From: Selaginella moellendorffii
Lineage: Eukaryota; Plantae; Lycopodiophyta
DNA length: 64,000 nucleotides
Reading direction: 5' to 3'
NCBI RefSeq assembly: GCF_000143415.4
Contig: NW_003314432.1
Coordinates: 1-64,000 of the forward strand
Shown: positions 1 to 12,458 of the stretch, in pieces
How the letters are laid out: every line of letters begins with the position of its first letter
How positions within the stretch are numbered: position 1 is the stretch's first letter
The notes under the pieces: generated by a model
Database searches by the model: none
Told to the model about the DNA's origin: nothing
Seen by the model: the letters and a program-made list of their open reading frames with translations, nothing else
Position numbers and translations under genes: made by a program

Positions 1-796
1 GCTGACATCGCCTGCGGTGTTAGCATATGACGATAGGATCAAGCCATACCTAATGGGGGACAAAGGGTACCAACTCCAGCAGCATCTGATGATTCCACAC
101 ACAAGTAAGTCTTCTTCATTCTACTTTCTTTTGTTCACTTGTTTTGGTTGTTGCTCAGCTCCAAACCCGACACCATCCAAGGCAGCTTTCAACCTTCATC
201 ACCACCTTGTTCGGATTGTTATTGAGCAAGCATTTGGACTTCTTAAAATGAAGTTCAGATGCTTGGATCAAAAACAAAGGATCCAGCCAAAGTACCTTCC
301 CAACATCATCAAGAGTTGTTGCATTTTGCACAATTTCTTGATTGATGCTGGGGAGACTGATCTTCAGGCGGAGATCCAAGCTTGGAGGAAAGAGGTGAAA
401 AGGCTCAAGGACCAGGACTTCTTTGTCGATTACGGTGATCCCGAGCAAGCGGAAGGGGAGCCTCGTGAGGAGTTGCACAGTCCAGAGGATGTGAAAGAGG
501 TTAGAGAGAACCTCACGTTTTCCCTCTGTCTTTGCCAGTGGCGTTCGTGTTTGCTTTGAAATTTGCCGGGAAACATTTGAATTTGAATTACGTGAATTTT
601 AAGTGTTCGAATGCATTGTTTTTAAGTGCGAATCCCAGGGTGTTTTTCCACTTAAATCTAAGACATGTGCGAATGCAAAAGTCCTTATAAGTTTACTTTG
701 CAACACAAATATTTTCAATGTGCGAACCCAACTTTCTTAATTTTTAAAGTGGGTCGCTTAAGTTTTTTTTCACTAAATTAATGTTCGAATTGGTCC
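1..796 (+). mobile_element. PIF/Harbinger element, 3' part (DDE_Tnp_4/HARBI1-like transposase C-terminus plus 3' subterminal region)
   Basis: ORF 17-559 has YLMGDKGY, FN..H...RIVIEQAFGLLKMKFRCL and CCILHNF motifs, with a short in-frame GT-AG intron at about 104-158. Repeated TGT(G/T)CGAA motifs at 600-790 end in GTTCGAATTGGTCC (796), a candidate TIR. Paralogous to 48893-49699. Confidence 0.85.
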
Positions 797-1015
797 TTTC
801 TCAACATAAAAGATAATGTTTTGCCAAGCTTACCACAGCCACTGGCAACCTTGATTGCCAATGATGTTGTCCTTGGCTGTGGTATCTATAACCATACAGC
901 TAGGGCCAAAGTTACACCACCAATGGCCCATAGCAAGCACAGCCATGGTGGCACAAGGTCTCGGCCATGGCTAGCACTACCTTGGCTGGCCTTAGCCGTG
1001 GCATAGCCATCTACT

Positions 1016-1861
1016 NNNNNNNNNNNNNNNNNNNNNNNNNNNNNNNNNNNNNNNNNNNNNNNNNNNNNNNNNNNNNNNNNNNNNNNNNNNNNNNNNNNNN
1101 NNNNNNNNNNNNNNNNNNNNNNNNNNNNNNNNNNNNNNNNNNNNNNNNNNNNNNNNNNNNNNNNNNNNNNNNNNNNNNNNNNNNNNNNNNNNNNNNNNNN
1201 NNNNNNNNNNNNNNNNNNNNNNNNNNNNNNNNNNNNNNNNNNNNNNNNNNNNNNNNNNNNNNNNNNNNNNNNNNNNNNNNNNNNNNNNNNNNNNNNNNNN
1301 NNNNNNNNNNNNNNNNNNNNNNNNNNNNNNNNNNNNNNNNNNNNNNNNNNNNNNNNNNNNNNNNNNNNNNNNNNNNNNNNNNNNNNNNNNNNNNNNNNNN
1401 NNNNNNNNNNNNNNNNNNNNNNNNNNNNNNNNNNNNNNNNNNNNNNNNNNNNNNNNNNNNNNNNNNNNNNNNNNNNNNNNNNNNNNNNNNNNNNNNNNNN
1501 NNNNNNNNNNNNNNNNNNNNNNNNNNNNNNNNNNNNNNNNNNNNNNNNNNNNNNNNNNNNNNNNNNNNNNNNNNNNNNNNNNNNNNNNNNNNNNNNNNNN
1601 NNNNNNNNNNNNNNNNNNNNNNNNNNNNNNNNNNNNNNNNNNNNNNNNNNNNNNNNNNNNNNNNNNNNNNNNNNNNNNNNNNNNNNNNNNNNNNNNNNNN
1701 NNNNNNNNNNNNNNNNNNNNNNNNNNNNNNNNNNNNNNNNNNNNNNNNNNNNNNNNNNNNNNNNNNNNNNNNNNNNNNNNNNNNNNNNNNNNNNNNNNNN
1801 NNNNNNNNNNNNNNNNNNNNNNNNNNNNNNNNNNNNNNNNNNNNNNNNNNNNNNNNNNNNN
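1016..1861. other. assembly gap (846 N)
   Basis: Run of N. The flanks match 49918 and 50797 in the paralogous copy. Confidence 0.99.
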
Positions 1862-1964
1862 AAAAGTTCTCCTGGATCTTGCTTGTTAGGCTGGCGTGGC
1901 TAAGACACTGATAAAGGTAAGTTCTGCAAAGATTTAATAAGGTTTTGCTCCTTACTGGGCTTAC

Positions 1965-2230
1965 AGTTAGATCATGGGTGATCAGGAGCTCACAGTTTTG
2001 CACAAGATTTGATCAATCTTGCTTGAGCTAGGATCCTTGATCTGCCATGGGTGGTGATCAATGCATTCACAAAAGGTGCCGGAATGAAATCCAACAGCTT
2101 AAGCACTTTCAAAAGACACCCATTCAGTGATCATTGCATTCCAAGAGACCAAGGTCCTCTTGCTCAAAACTTCCTGCTGTGCTCATGATCACATTTCCAA
2201 GATTGAGCTCCATGTTTCTAGAATTCTTCT
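1965..2230 (-). pseudogene. degenerate PLS-PPR fragment
   Basis: Minus-strand reading gives KRTLVSWNAMIT (P motif) and VNALITTHGRSRILAQAR..DQILCKTVSS (S motif), with stops and frameshifts. Paralog at 50910-51190. Confidence 0.6.
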
Positions 2231-2259
2231 GTGAATCGTCACTTCTTTCTCATACTGCA

Positions 2260-4050
2260 CAGGTCACAAATCACCCAAGAAATCGCCTCATGGAGGCTGC
2301 AACACTCAATAGTTCTAGGACTGGCAGACAAGCCCTGTCCCATGGACAGCCACTGCTTCTTACGTGGGAATGTGCACATTACAGAGGTTCGTTTCTGTTT
2401 TCCAGTCTGTCTTTTAACTCCTCAAATGTCTTGATCATTATGGAGGGAACCCACTGAGAAAATACAGTGTTGGGCACGAGCTAAAATCCTTTCAAAACGC
2501 AAAACCAGCAGAAAACACAGAAATGCTACCACTTTGGATTTATCTCTACGTCCATCTGAGCTTGCAGGTCTGTATGGTGGCCCTTTGAATTAGCTTACTT
2601 ATCATGACTTGCAGGAAACGATGCTGCATGCTCAGTGATTACTTTCGAGACCGTAACCATTGAACAGTCGGTTATCAGATACGTTCAAGAAGTAAAGGAC
2701 AACTGGGCATGGCTAGTCCTCTCACCCCATCTTAAAGGCTGCCTTTTTATACTGGACACGTCTGACGATCCCTCGGAGCTTGAACGTTTTAAAGAGCGCT
2801 TCAAAGTCGGTGACCCGTTCCAGTGCCATATAAGAAGTGTTAACCACGAAAGGAAGCAAGTGGATTTGTCTCTACAAAAACAAGTGACGAACAATTCAAG
2901 AAAGGCGACCTGTTAGGCCGACGGATCACACGAGTTTTTGCTGGTGTTGGCGGACATACTGTGCAAGGCAGATGGGAAAGTTTCGGAAAATTTCAACGAT
3001 ACATGGATTGATGACCCAGCCAGTTTATTTACAGAGGGACAGTTCGTAAGGTCTTGGATTTAAAACGACCAGGGAGGGGAAAGATGGGCTTGGAATTTTC
3101 AGTAAGTTGGTGGACGTGGTGGTTTTGAGTCCCTTCCGAGCTATCAAACACTTGAAAGGTAACTTCCGAGATTTGCATTAAACTCTGCATCCAATGCTCG
3201 TATTGTCAATTCCGTGTTGGAACTTAAGCAAGATATGAAGTGCAAGTAAGCAGAAACCTTGCATGCTGTGGACGTGACTTGTTTTTGTGTTGCAGGGTTT
3301 TGTCAAGAATGTGACGGAGAAAGGTTGTTTTGTGGTCCTGGCACCTTCACTTGAAGCTAGAATTCAACTGAAGAACCTATCGAACTCGTTTGTACAAAAC
3401 CCTGCAGAAATGTTTCCACCAGGCAAGGTGATATTGGGAAGGTATGAACTTTTCTCCGTGTGGAAGTGTTTGCTGATATCTTCTTCTTCGTCAGAATTTT
3501 AAGCATCGAGCCATTGTCTGGGCACATTGAAATGTCTTTGACGGCAACAACATCACAAGATTCAAGTGGCTGGAAGAAGTTTGGTGCTGGAGAGATCGTT
3601 AGTGGCCGCATACACAACATTGAAGCATTTGGGATCTTCATCAGCCTTGCCGAGAGTGATGTGGTAAGCTCTCTCTCTATCTTGGTTTCAAGTTCTTAGT
3701 CTGTGCTCCAGGTTGCTTGTGTCATGTCTCTGGAGTGTCTTACGATTTTATTCAAGACTTGTCAACACTTTACAAAGTCGGCCAATGCGTTCAAGTAAAG
3801 ATTCTAAAGGTGAGAACGAAAGACCACAGGGTTATGATTTCCCTCTACAGGTTGATGCGGAAACCAAACGTATATCTCTTGGAATGAAAGCGTCATATCT
3901 GACCCCTGAGGACATCGAGCTGATGGAGGAAGAAGCTATAAATGAAGAGCCTTCGAACACAAATGTGCTCATGGATAATGATGAGAGGGAGGAGGAGGAC
4001 TACTTGGATCTGGCATCAAAACGATTCCCACAGCTATGCATGTCGATCCA
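2260..4050 (+). pseudogene. RRP5: RRP5 (rRNA biogenesis protein, S1-repeat region), internal fragment with introns
   Basis: Successive S1-domain exons: LRGNVHITEV, TLDLSLRPS, YVQEVKDNWAWLVLSPHLKG..ILDTSDDPSELERFKERFKVG, QGFVKNVTEKGCFVVLA, GEIVSGRIHNIEAFGIFI, VDAETKRISLGMKASY. Frameshifts are present (e.g. about 2870-2916). No N-terminus and no C-terminal HAT repeats. Confidence 0.85.
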
Positions 4051-4159
4051 CTCTCAACAAAGACGTTGAGGATACAGTGCCAATTGACTTGAAAGAGCAG
4101 AGTTACTTCTTGTTTATATTTACTCTTCTCATGTCCTGCTTCTCAACAGGGAGGCTGCA

Positions 4160-4435
4160 TATTTGCTATCAATGGGAGCCCATATTTGCTATCTTCTTGC
4201 ATTTTGAGCCTTTCTCCCCTTCTGCCAGACTTTGTCTTATAGGTGCCGACCATTGTAAGTATCCATGCATGTATGCTAGTCCAGAAGCTATCCAGGTAAG
4301 CTGTGTTCGTCCTCAATAACAATTGTTAACCTTTTCTTCATCAGCGAATGGAAGTGTACGAATTTGCAAGAGTGACCGGCAATTCTCAGTTTATTTTACT
4401 TCCTTTTCAGCCATAGAAGCTTATTTATGCAACAA
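4160..4435 (+). pseudogene. SEC16: SEC16 fragment (copy 1 of 3)
   Basis: GAHICYL..FEPFSPSARLCLIGADHCKYP..YASPEAIQ, then an intron, then GNSQF-like and KLIYA sequence. Near-identical to 14880-15130. Abuts a Gypsy gag. Confidence 0.85.
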
Positions 4436-7400
4436 TGACAAGTATAAGTCTTACAAGCATTCGAGGAGTCCTTTTGTTGAGAATCATCGTGATGATCGTT
4501 GTGGACACAAGGATGGGAATAAACATCACAAGCTGAAGTCTATGGTGGCTACTTTGGGTACATAGGTGTCAAAGAAGCAAAAATTCTTTGTGAAGAATTA
4601 TAAACAAGGTTGTTATCATTGTGGCAAACTGGGACACTACAAAGCTAATTGTCCATAGTGAAGAGCAAATAACATGGCAACAATAATGGCTAATCTTCTA
4701 CTAAAAGTAAGTCAGATACTAAAAAGTTGCAAACTTTGCAATGTAAGGATGATGGGGATGACTATTTCGGTTGGAGGAAGAGGCTTTCGATTGTTGCTCA
4801 TCAACTTAACTATGTGTGGAACAAGATGAAGGTCAAAGACACTTGTGCATCAACTTTAATACTGAAGGGCATGTTCCGTGGTGGTACTGTGTAAATTTTA
4901 CTGGACAGTGGGAGCAATGACAACTTTGTTTCCACAAAGTTTGTTGAGGAGCATGGCCTACTGACACAAGGAGTTCTTCCATACACGGTAGAAGGTGCAA
5001 CTACCTCTACTCAACATTTTAATACTTGTGTAGAAAGGCTAGAAGTGTTGGTTGGCAAAACCACACTTCTAGTGACTTTTTATCTCACAGATTTTCATCG
5101 TGTGGATTTTATTCTTCGGATGCCGTGGTTAGTGAAGGTGGATCCAGAGATAAAGTGGAGTATTAAGCATGTCTTGTTGGAATACAGTGGCGTTAAAGAT
5201 GTGTGGTTTAGAGAAGGAGTTTAACCTCTAGTTGTTATGCTCTCCGCTACATCTTTGAAATGGACTTGTTGTAATGAAAAAACACTTTCGAGTTACTTGC
5301 TGTTTATTCATGACTTGGGGGACCAAGCCATGTGTGGAGGAGAGGTAGTAGTGCAAACTATACTCGAAGAGTTCTCTGATGTTTTTTCCTCTAAACTTCC
5401 TCATGGATTGCCTTCATTACAAAGTGTGGAGCATGGGATTACGTTGGAGCCGAGGATACGGCCAATTTACCAGTGTCCATTTCAGTTGAGTTATGCTAAG
5501 GAGAAAGAAGTTTAATAACAAGTCAAGGAGTTACTTAAGTTTGGATTTATTCAATTAAGTAAGTCTTCATTTAATGCTTTAGTTTTGCTTGTGAAGAAGA
5601 AGGACGGTTCAATGAGGATGTATATTGACTACCGTGCCTTGAACAAGAAGACCGTGAAAGACAAGATGTTAATGCCGCATGTGGATAATATTATAGACAA
5701 GCTTGGTGAAGCATGAGTGTTTACTAAGATTAATCTGAGGAGAGGATATTATCAGATTGCCATGGATGATGCATCTATCTCCAAGATGGCATTTAATACG
5801 AGTTTTGGGTATTTTGAGTTTATGGTTATGCCATTTGGTTTGATGAATGTACCAGCCATATTTACTCGATTGATGACAAAAGTCTTTAGGTGTTATCTTC
5901 ATGAGTTTGTGGAGATTTTTTTGGATGATATTCTTGTTTTCAGCAAGAATATGGAGGAGTATAAAGTGCATTGTGCAAGGTTCTTTTGTTACTTCATGAC
6001 ATTAAATTTTATGTGAAGAAGAGAAAATGTGAGTTTGCAAAGTTAGGTGGAATATCTAGGCTATATTATGACATCCAAGGGTGTCAAGATGGATCAAAGG
6101 AAGGTGGCTATGGTGGAAAACTAGCCTACACCGACTTCAATGGCTGAGTTACACAATTTCCTTGGTATGGCTAGTTACTGTTGACATTTTTAGCATAAGT
6201 TTGCAAAGGTGGCTATTCCTTTGACACAATTGTTGCACAAGAACGTGCTATTTGAATGGAAAAAGCCATATAAGGATAGTTTTGTGGCATTGAAATAGTT
6301 GTTGAGCGAGGCTCTAGTGCTTCGCATTGCTGATCCCAAAACCTTATGAGGTGACATGTGATGCGAGTGGTTATGCACTGGGAAGAGTTCTCATGCAAAA
6401 GGGACAACTTATTGCATATGAGAGTCAAATTTTGAATCCCACAGAGCAACACTATTCCACATATGAGCAAGAGTTACTCTCCATTGTTCATGCTTTGTGG
6501 ACGTGGCAGCATTATTTTTATGTTGTAGTGTTCACGGATCACAAACCCCTTGTATATCTTTTCACACAAAAAGAGTTGAACACTAGGCAAGTTTGCTAGA
6601 TGGTCAAACTCATGAAGTTTGGGGAATTTCCTATTGAGCATCGTCTGGGAAAATTGAATGTGGTGGCAAATGCTTTATCTTATATTTGCCATGTGATGGC
6701 GTTACAAAACACGGTTTTATCATCATTTAAGTAAGGTGGTTAGCGAGTTTGGGCAGTTGGTTGAGCGTGCTCAAGCTCAAGATGTTGAGGTGGTCTCATT
6801 GTAAGCCCAAATGGAAGCACCTTTCTCATTAGTGGATGGGATTCTTTACTACAATGGCTATGTGTATTTGCTATGGGTGGATGTGTTAATTACTTAGGTT
6901 TTATTTCACTATCATGATCATCCAGAGGCCAATCATTTTGGGGGGAAGAAGACATATGAGTTGATTAAGCATAAAATCTATTGAAGGAATATATAAGCTA
7001 ATATCCTCAAGTATTATAAGTCATGTGAGCTCTATTAGTGGGTAAAGGTGCCACGGGGACTTTTGCAACCTTTATCTATTCCTCAAAGCCATTGGTGTAG
7101 TATCTATATGGACTTCATCACTTGTTTGCCACGAACACAAAAGCAAAAGAAACAAGTATGGGTCATAGTGGATCATTTGACGAAGTATGTGCAATTGTTG
7201 GCTCTTTGGAAGAGTATTATTGCCTTAGACTTGGCTACGGTCTACTTGGAGAAGGTTTTTCCTGATTTTGGTTTGCCAAAGGACATCATTAGCAATCGAG
7301 ATTCAAAGTTCACTAGTGGATTTTGGAAGAGTTTTGTAAAGGCTATACAAGTGATTCTGAAACTCTTGAGTGGAGATCATCTTTAGATGGATGAACAAAT

Positions 7401-8111
7401 TGAGCATGTGAATCAGGTGGTGGAGGATAAACATTGTTTAAAGCTAGAGATAATGTGATTTATATCTTTCGTTAGTACAATTTGCTTATAACAATAGCCA
7501 ACATAGTAGAACCAAGCTAAATCTTTACTTTGCCATATTTGAAAGGCATTCTTAAATAGTGGTGGAGTTGGAATTGCATTTGAGTAAGGATGTTCAAGAA
7601 AAGTTTGATTCAAAGGTGACTGATCTAGCCACGGAACTTGATGAGATTTTGGTGGTGTACAAACGGAATTTGCAAGCAGCTTAAGATAGAGCGGAGAAGT
7701 TTGCTAATGAGCATCATCAATTCCGGGAATATAAGGTGGGTGATTTTGTTTTTATGCAAGTGATTTTTTTGACAAGTGAGCAACAGAACACTTTAATGCC
7801 TTTGTGAAATGGGAAGAGTGATAAACTTTCTCATTGGTATATTAGTCCATATGAAGTGTTGGAGTGCATCAGTAAAGCAGCTTATTGAGTGCGGCTACTA
7901 GCTATGTTAGCCAGTTGAAAAGTGTACTCAGAGTGATGGGCCTAATGCTTCCTTGATGTATACTGTTGTGAAAGATGGATCAAAAGCTCGAGCAAAGTTC
8001 CTTAGAAAGGATGATCACCAATACAACTCATCTTTGGAACAAGGACTTTGTTAGGGGAAGAATCACCAATACAACTCATCCTTGGAACAAGGACTTTGTT
8101 AGGGGAAGAAT
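4432..8111 (+). mobile_element. Ty3/Gypsy internal region, 5'-truncated and degenerate (gag knuckle-PR-RT-RH-INT)
   Basis: CYHCGKLGHYKANCP (about 4610), LLDSGSNDNFVS (about 4900), KINLRRGYYQI/VMPFGLMNVPA/FLDDILVFS (5717-6016), YEVTCDASGYALG (6327-6599), WCSIYMDFITCLPRT (7048-7386), GPY/F-like YISPYEV (about 7840). PPT AGGGGAAGAA at 8101-8110. Confidence 0.92.
8014..8109 (+). repeat. 48-bp tandem duplication including the PPT
   Basis: ATCACCAATACAACTCATC(T/C)TTGGAACAAGGACTTTGTTAGGGGAAGA at 8014 and 8062, 1 mismatch. Confidence 0.95.
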
Positions 8112-8705
8112 TGTTAAGCACCAGCTTTGAGATAGTTAATGTCGGTCAAAGGGAGGCTCAAGGGTTTATGAAGGCATGTTAATGTAAAGAACTTAACCTA
8201 CCCTAGAGCTTATAGTGGAGGTAGCTTGGGGTTAATTGGGTAGTGAAAAACCTCAAGAGGAAGTGTAATCTAGTCTAGGAAGACTAGATCATTGACTTTT
8301 TGTTCCGTGTCATAACACAATTGTTGTTCATGATGTGAGGAATGTCATGGATGGGGACATTATGGAACTTCTGCCAAATGTCAATAATATGCTAAAATAT
8401 ATTCTTATGCTCTTTTGACATTTATGGATAATAGGAATTCTATTTCTTGTGCTTCTTCTCTATCACCAACAAATAACAAAAGTCCTCCTATTCTCTCTCC
8501 TCCACTCTCTTTCATAACATGCAATATAGAATTAATGGAGGATGAGTAGTTTATGTTTGTTTTTGCTGGAGTCAGTAAATAGTATAAATGTGATGATCTT
8601 GGTGGACTTTGGCTTAGCAATTTCCTCTATTCAGTGTTTAATTGTTTAAAGTTTCATTATAGCAAGTCTCTTGTACTTGACCTTTATAACTTGTGGTACT
8701 AATCA
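8112..8705 (+). mobile_element. probable 3' LTR of the Gypsy element (about 595 bp)
   Basis: Begins TGTTAAGCACC right after the PPT and ends GGTACTAATCA (imperfect inverted match). No partner LTR in the window. Confidence 0.55.
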
Positions 8706-8726
8706 CAAGTCATCAGTATAGATATT

Positions 8727-10120
8727 ATGTATGGAAACGCTGGTTGTCTACGCGCAGTGTGGCATTTGGAGGAATCGAGAAGGGTCTTTGATGCATTGCC
8801 GGCCAAGAACATCGCGTCGTGGACGGCGCTCGTGAGCGTGTATGCCGAGAGTGGGCATCCGGGTGAGGCCAAGACAGTGTTCGATCGAATGGCGGTGTGG
8901 GACGTAGCTTCCTCCACTGTGGGTCAAGGCGCTGGGCGATTGCGGGCGGATTGGATCGAGCAAGGCGGTGTTTGATGCGATGCCCAAGAGGAACTGCAAG
9001 ACATGGGCGACATTGCTGCGGGGATTTGCTCGCGGCGGAGAGATTGGGCGAGCGGGAGAGGTGCTGGATCGGATGCCCGAGACGAATGTAGTAGCGTGGA
9101 CGATCCTCGTGCAGGGTTTTTGCGCAGTGCAGGCGAGTGGGCGATGCGAAGGCCGCGTTTGATTCCATGCCCGAGAAGAACAGCATCACTCGCGCGGTGA
9201 TGCTCGTCATGTTTGCGGAGAATGGATTCGTGGAGGAGGCGGAGGATGTCTTCCAGGAGATTGTCCACCGAAACGCGATCCTCTGGGGGGCGATGCACTG
9301 CTGCTATGCCCAAAATGGGGATTTGATTCAAGCCAAGAGTTTGTTTGATAGGATGCCTCTGCACAGCATGCTTTCGTGGACGATTATGATCAAGTCATAC
9401 GCGCAAAAAGGTGACGCTAATCAAGGAAAACAATTGTTTGAAGCAATGCCACACAGAGATCTTGTTTCATGGAACTCGATAATCGCTGTTTATGCCCAGA
9501 GAGGTCGTTTCAAAGACGCTATACGAGCGTTTTCTTTGTGTTGCTGCTGGGATTCCTATTCATGGAACACAGTTCTCGTGGTATACGCTTTAGATGCAAA
9601 TATTTTTGAGGCAAAGAAGACGTTTGATAGAATACCAACTTGGAATTTGGTCTCCTGGAACACGATGCTAGCAGCATATGCCCAGACCGGCCATGCGTAT
9701 TCTGCGATCCAGCTCTTTTGGGCGATGTTTCTTCACGGCTTTGACCCCGACAATGCAGCGTTTGCCATCGTTTTGACGGCATGTAGCCATCTGGGGCTTG
9801 TCAAGGAAGCAGTAAGCTACTTCATGGCAATGAGCTTTGACAATGGATTGGACCCTTTGCAAGACCACTACACCTGCATTGTTGATGCTCTAGGACGGCT
9901 AGGGCGATTGGAAGAGGCCGGGATGTCCTGGAGAATATGCCTTTGCCAGCTGATGGAGTTGCATGGGCAACGTTTCTTACCGCGTGTAAAAACCACGGGG
10001 AGATGAATCGAGGGATGCATGCTGCGGAATTTACGTGCCAGTCCAGCCTTGTGAGTGATGCATTGCCTTATGTGATGCTGGAGAACATCTTCAGATTTGA
10101 TGTGTTGACCCAAACATCGA
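8727..10120 (+). pseudogene. PLS/SS-type PPR gene with E-domain start, frameshifted and 5'-truncated
   Basis: S-type repeats (VFDALPAKNIASWTALV, FDAMPKRNCKTWATLL, FEAMPHRDLVSWNSII), then VLTACSHLGLV, HYTCIVDALGRLG and PADGVAWATFLTACK, spread over at least four ORFs in different frames. Confidence 0.9.
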
Positions 10121-12458
10121 TTGTTGATATCCAGCCATTCCGTGAGCCGCCCCATCCCCCATGGATGGAGAGCGGACGCACAGAGGATTGAGCATAGGAG
10201 AGTCTTCATGAGGAGCATAGTCCTCCGCCTCTCGTGTATGAGTCCGTGGTGTCTTATGCATCTGGAATGTTAAGTGCAGTGGGTTTGCTATAGTCAGCAA
10301 TGCAAGATCCAATGCTGCTGTTGTGAATTTCAGCAGCAGCACTGCGCTCCTCCTGCTCCACATCAGTGCCATGCTAGGCGTGGCAATCCAGATTCTCAAG
10401 ACCATGCCGGTGAGAGTGAGCCGTGCAAGTCTCTCATGAGCTCTTGTTGAAAGTGGGAAGTAGTGGTGTGGAAAGCTTGCGTTTGAGGCGCGGGTGGAGA
10501 TGGGCTCATTGCAGTAAGGTGATAGCTCGTTCCGATTGCCTTCCTTTTGTATCCTATCTCCCTCGTTGCCTCCCGACATGCTTCATATGTTCTCCTCTCT
10601 GTGTTCCATATGTTATCTCCTCTCCGCTTGCGAAGCATTGCACAGCATGTTGCTGGAGCTGGGCCTCAGCCCATTCGTTGATGGCTAGCATTTACGAAGG
10701 CTTCATTGGATGTTGATACAGAGAATTAAGTTTAAAGACAATTGGCCCACTTTTATGATGGGCTTAATCTATGTTGACTGGATTGTTCTTTGTAAAGCAT
10801 GTATGCAAGGCGATTTTACAAGGAAATTTATCAAATCTTCTGCAAAGTCAATGCCATAATCTGTCAAGAACCAAATCCTTGGAGAGCTTTAGGAATTAAT
10901 ATATGCATAATGAAGGATAGTTAAGTAATTTGATGATGAGAAGTTTGACATATGTTATCAAACATATTATCTAGCATAGCAATCAGGGATGCTCAACATC
11001 CCAAACAATTCTTCCAATTGGAAATAAGAAATATCACAAGTGCCATTTCCTACTCATCCATTCCCTTCGAAAACTTTCTTTCTAATCTGCAGGGTGGAGT
11101 TTTATATATAATGTTGTTGTATAGGGCAATATTGCTTCTTCAATGGCAACTAGCACTTGTTCAATGTTTCGTGACCAATCTATTCCCTTCTCTTCCAATA
11201 TCATGGAATATAAGTATATGAAAATTTTCAAAACTAACATATTGGAGTACAATCTTAATTATTCTTAAACTCTGAGGAATACAAGTCTCAACTAGAGATA
11301 TACTTCAGTTCCCTTTAATCTTTCAGTCTAGCATCATTTCAAATCCAGGATTGGTATTCAGATTAGAATATTGCTAGCCTTTTGAGACAAGTATAATAGT
11401 TGTTTTGAATCGTTAGTGATTTTAATCTACATTGAGTTATAATTTAAATAGATTGCTACTTTGTCCTCTATGACATGCTAGATGGAGAAAAATTGTTATA
11501 TAAGCTCATATTTTTAATGCATCAAGTATTCTTTACAAATCAAATATTTTTTTTAATAGCTTTTTTTCTGCAGGCTATTTGCAAAAGAACACAAGGTGTA
11601 TGACCTGTTTAGTATTTGCACACATATCAATTTTATTATATTTATATTCTTTATTTTTCCACAATACCTATCTTTTATGGCTTCAGTTAAGTTATAGTCA
11701 TTTACACCTTTGCGTATTTCTTCAATTTAGGCACTATATATTTGATTTGCTTAAGCAAACCAACATAGGATATACCTGGGTATTCTTGAATATTCTAAAA
11801 TTTAATTGTTGATATTTATTTAGAATAATTTTGTGTTTATAAATTAAAAACATTTTAATAATGGTCATCACATATAGTTGACCAATGGTTTCAGCAAAAA
11901 GCTGTTCTAATTTAGTTTCAAAACTTTTAAATCTGAGAACTATTAATTCAATGTTTGGACATGTAAGTTGCATAGATCCTCGCCTTTATCATTTATCAAG
12001 TGGCCACCGGTCCTTTATAAGCCTTTGTTGTTCTCCACTAACACTTAACATTATCTGCTAAGTATAGTTTAACACATGGGACCTTCTCCAAGCTTAATAA
12101 TAGCAACACTCAAAAGTAATCGTCTATATGCTAAAATTAATCCTTCACCACCTTATAATCACTCATGTTTGCAAGTGTGATTTTGTGGCAAGGAAGCAAG
12201 AGCAACAAAAGGTCATCCAGACAAGTTAACTTCTCAAGTTTAACCAGCTGCCACCTCCATGCAAGGGTACTTTCCACGAGCTCAAATGGTAGAGAGCTAA
12301 CTCTTGATTGTTTTTGGTTGTTCTCTAGGCTCCAATCTTTTAGGAGTGATGAAAAGAGACTGTTATTGATCAGGCTAGGGATTTCCAACCCAAAGCTATG
12401 TTTCCCATACCTGAAAAGTGTATCCATGAAATATACATATCCTCTTGTAGTTTCTCTT

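Noticed and set aside
967-2003. Long ORFs of 314 and 330 aa
   Set aside because: Artefacts of translating through the N gap.
10200-10716. Additional gene downstream of the PPR pseudogene
   Set aside because: Coding-like composition, but no recognisable family or consistent reading frame.
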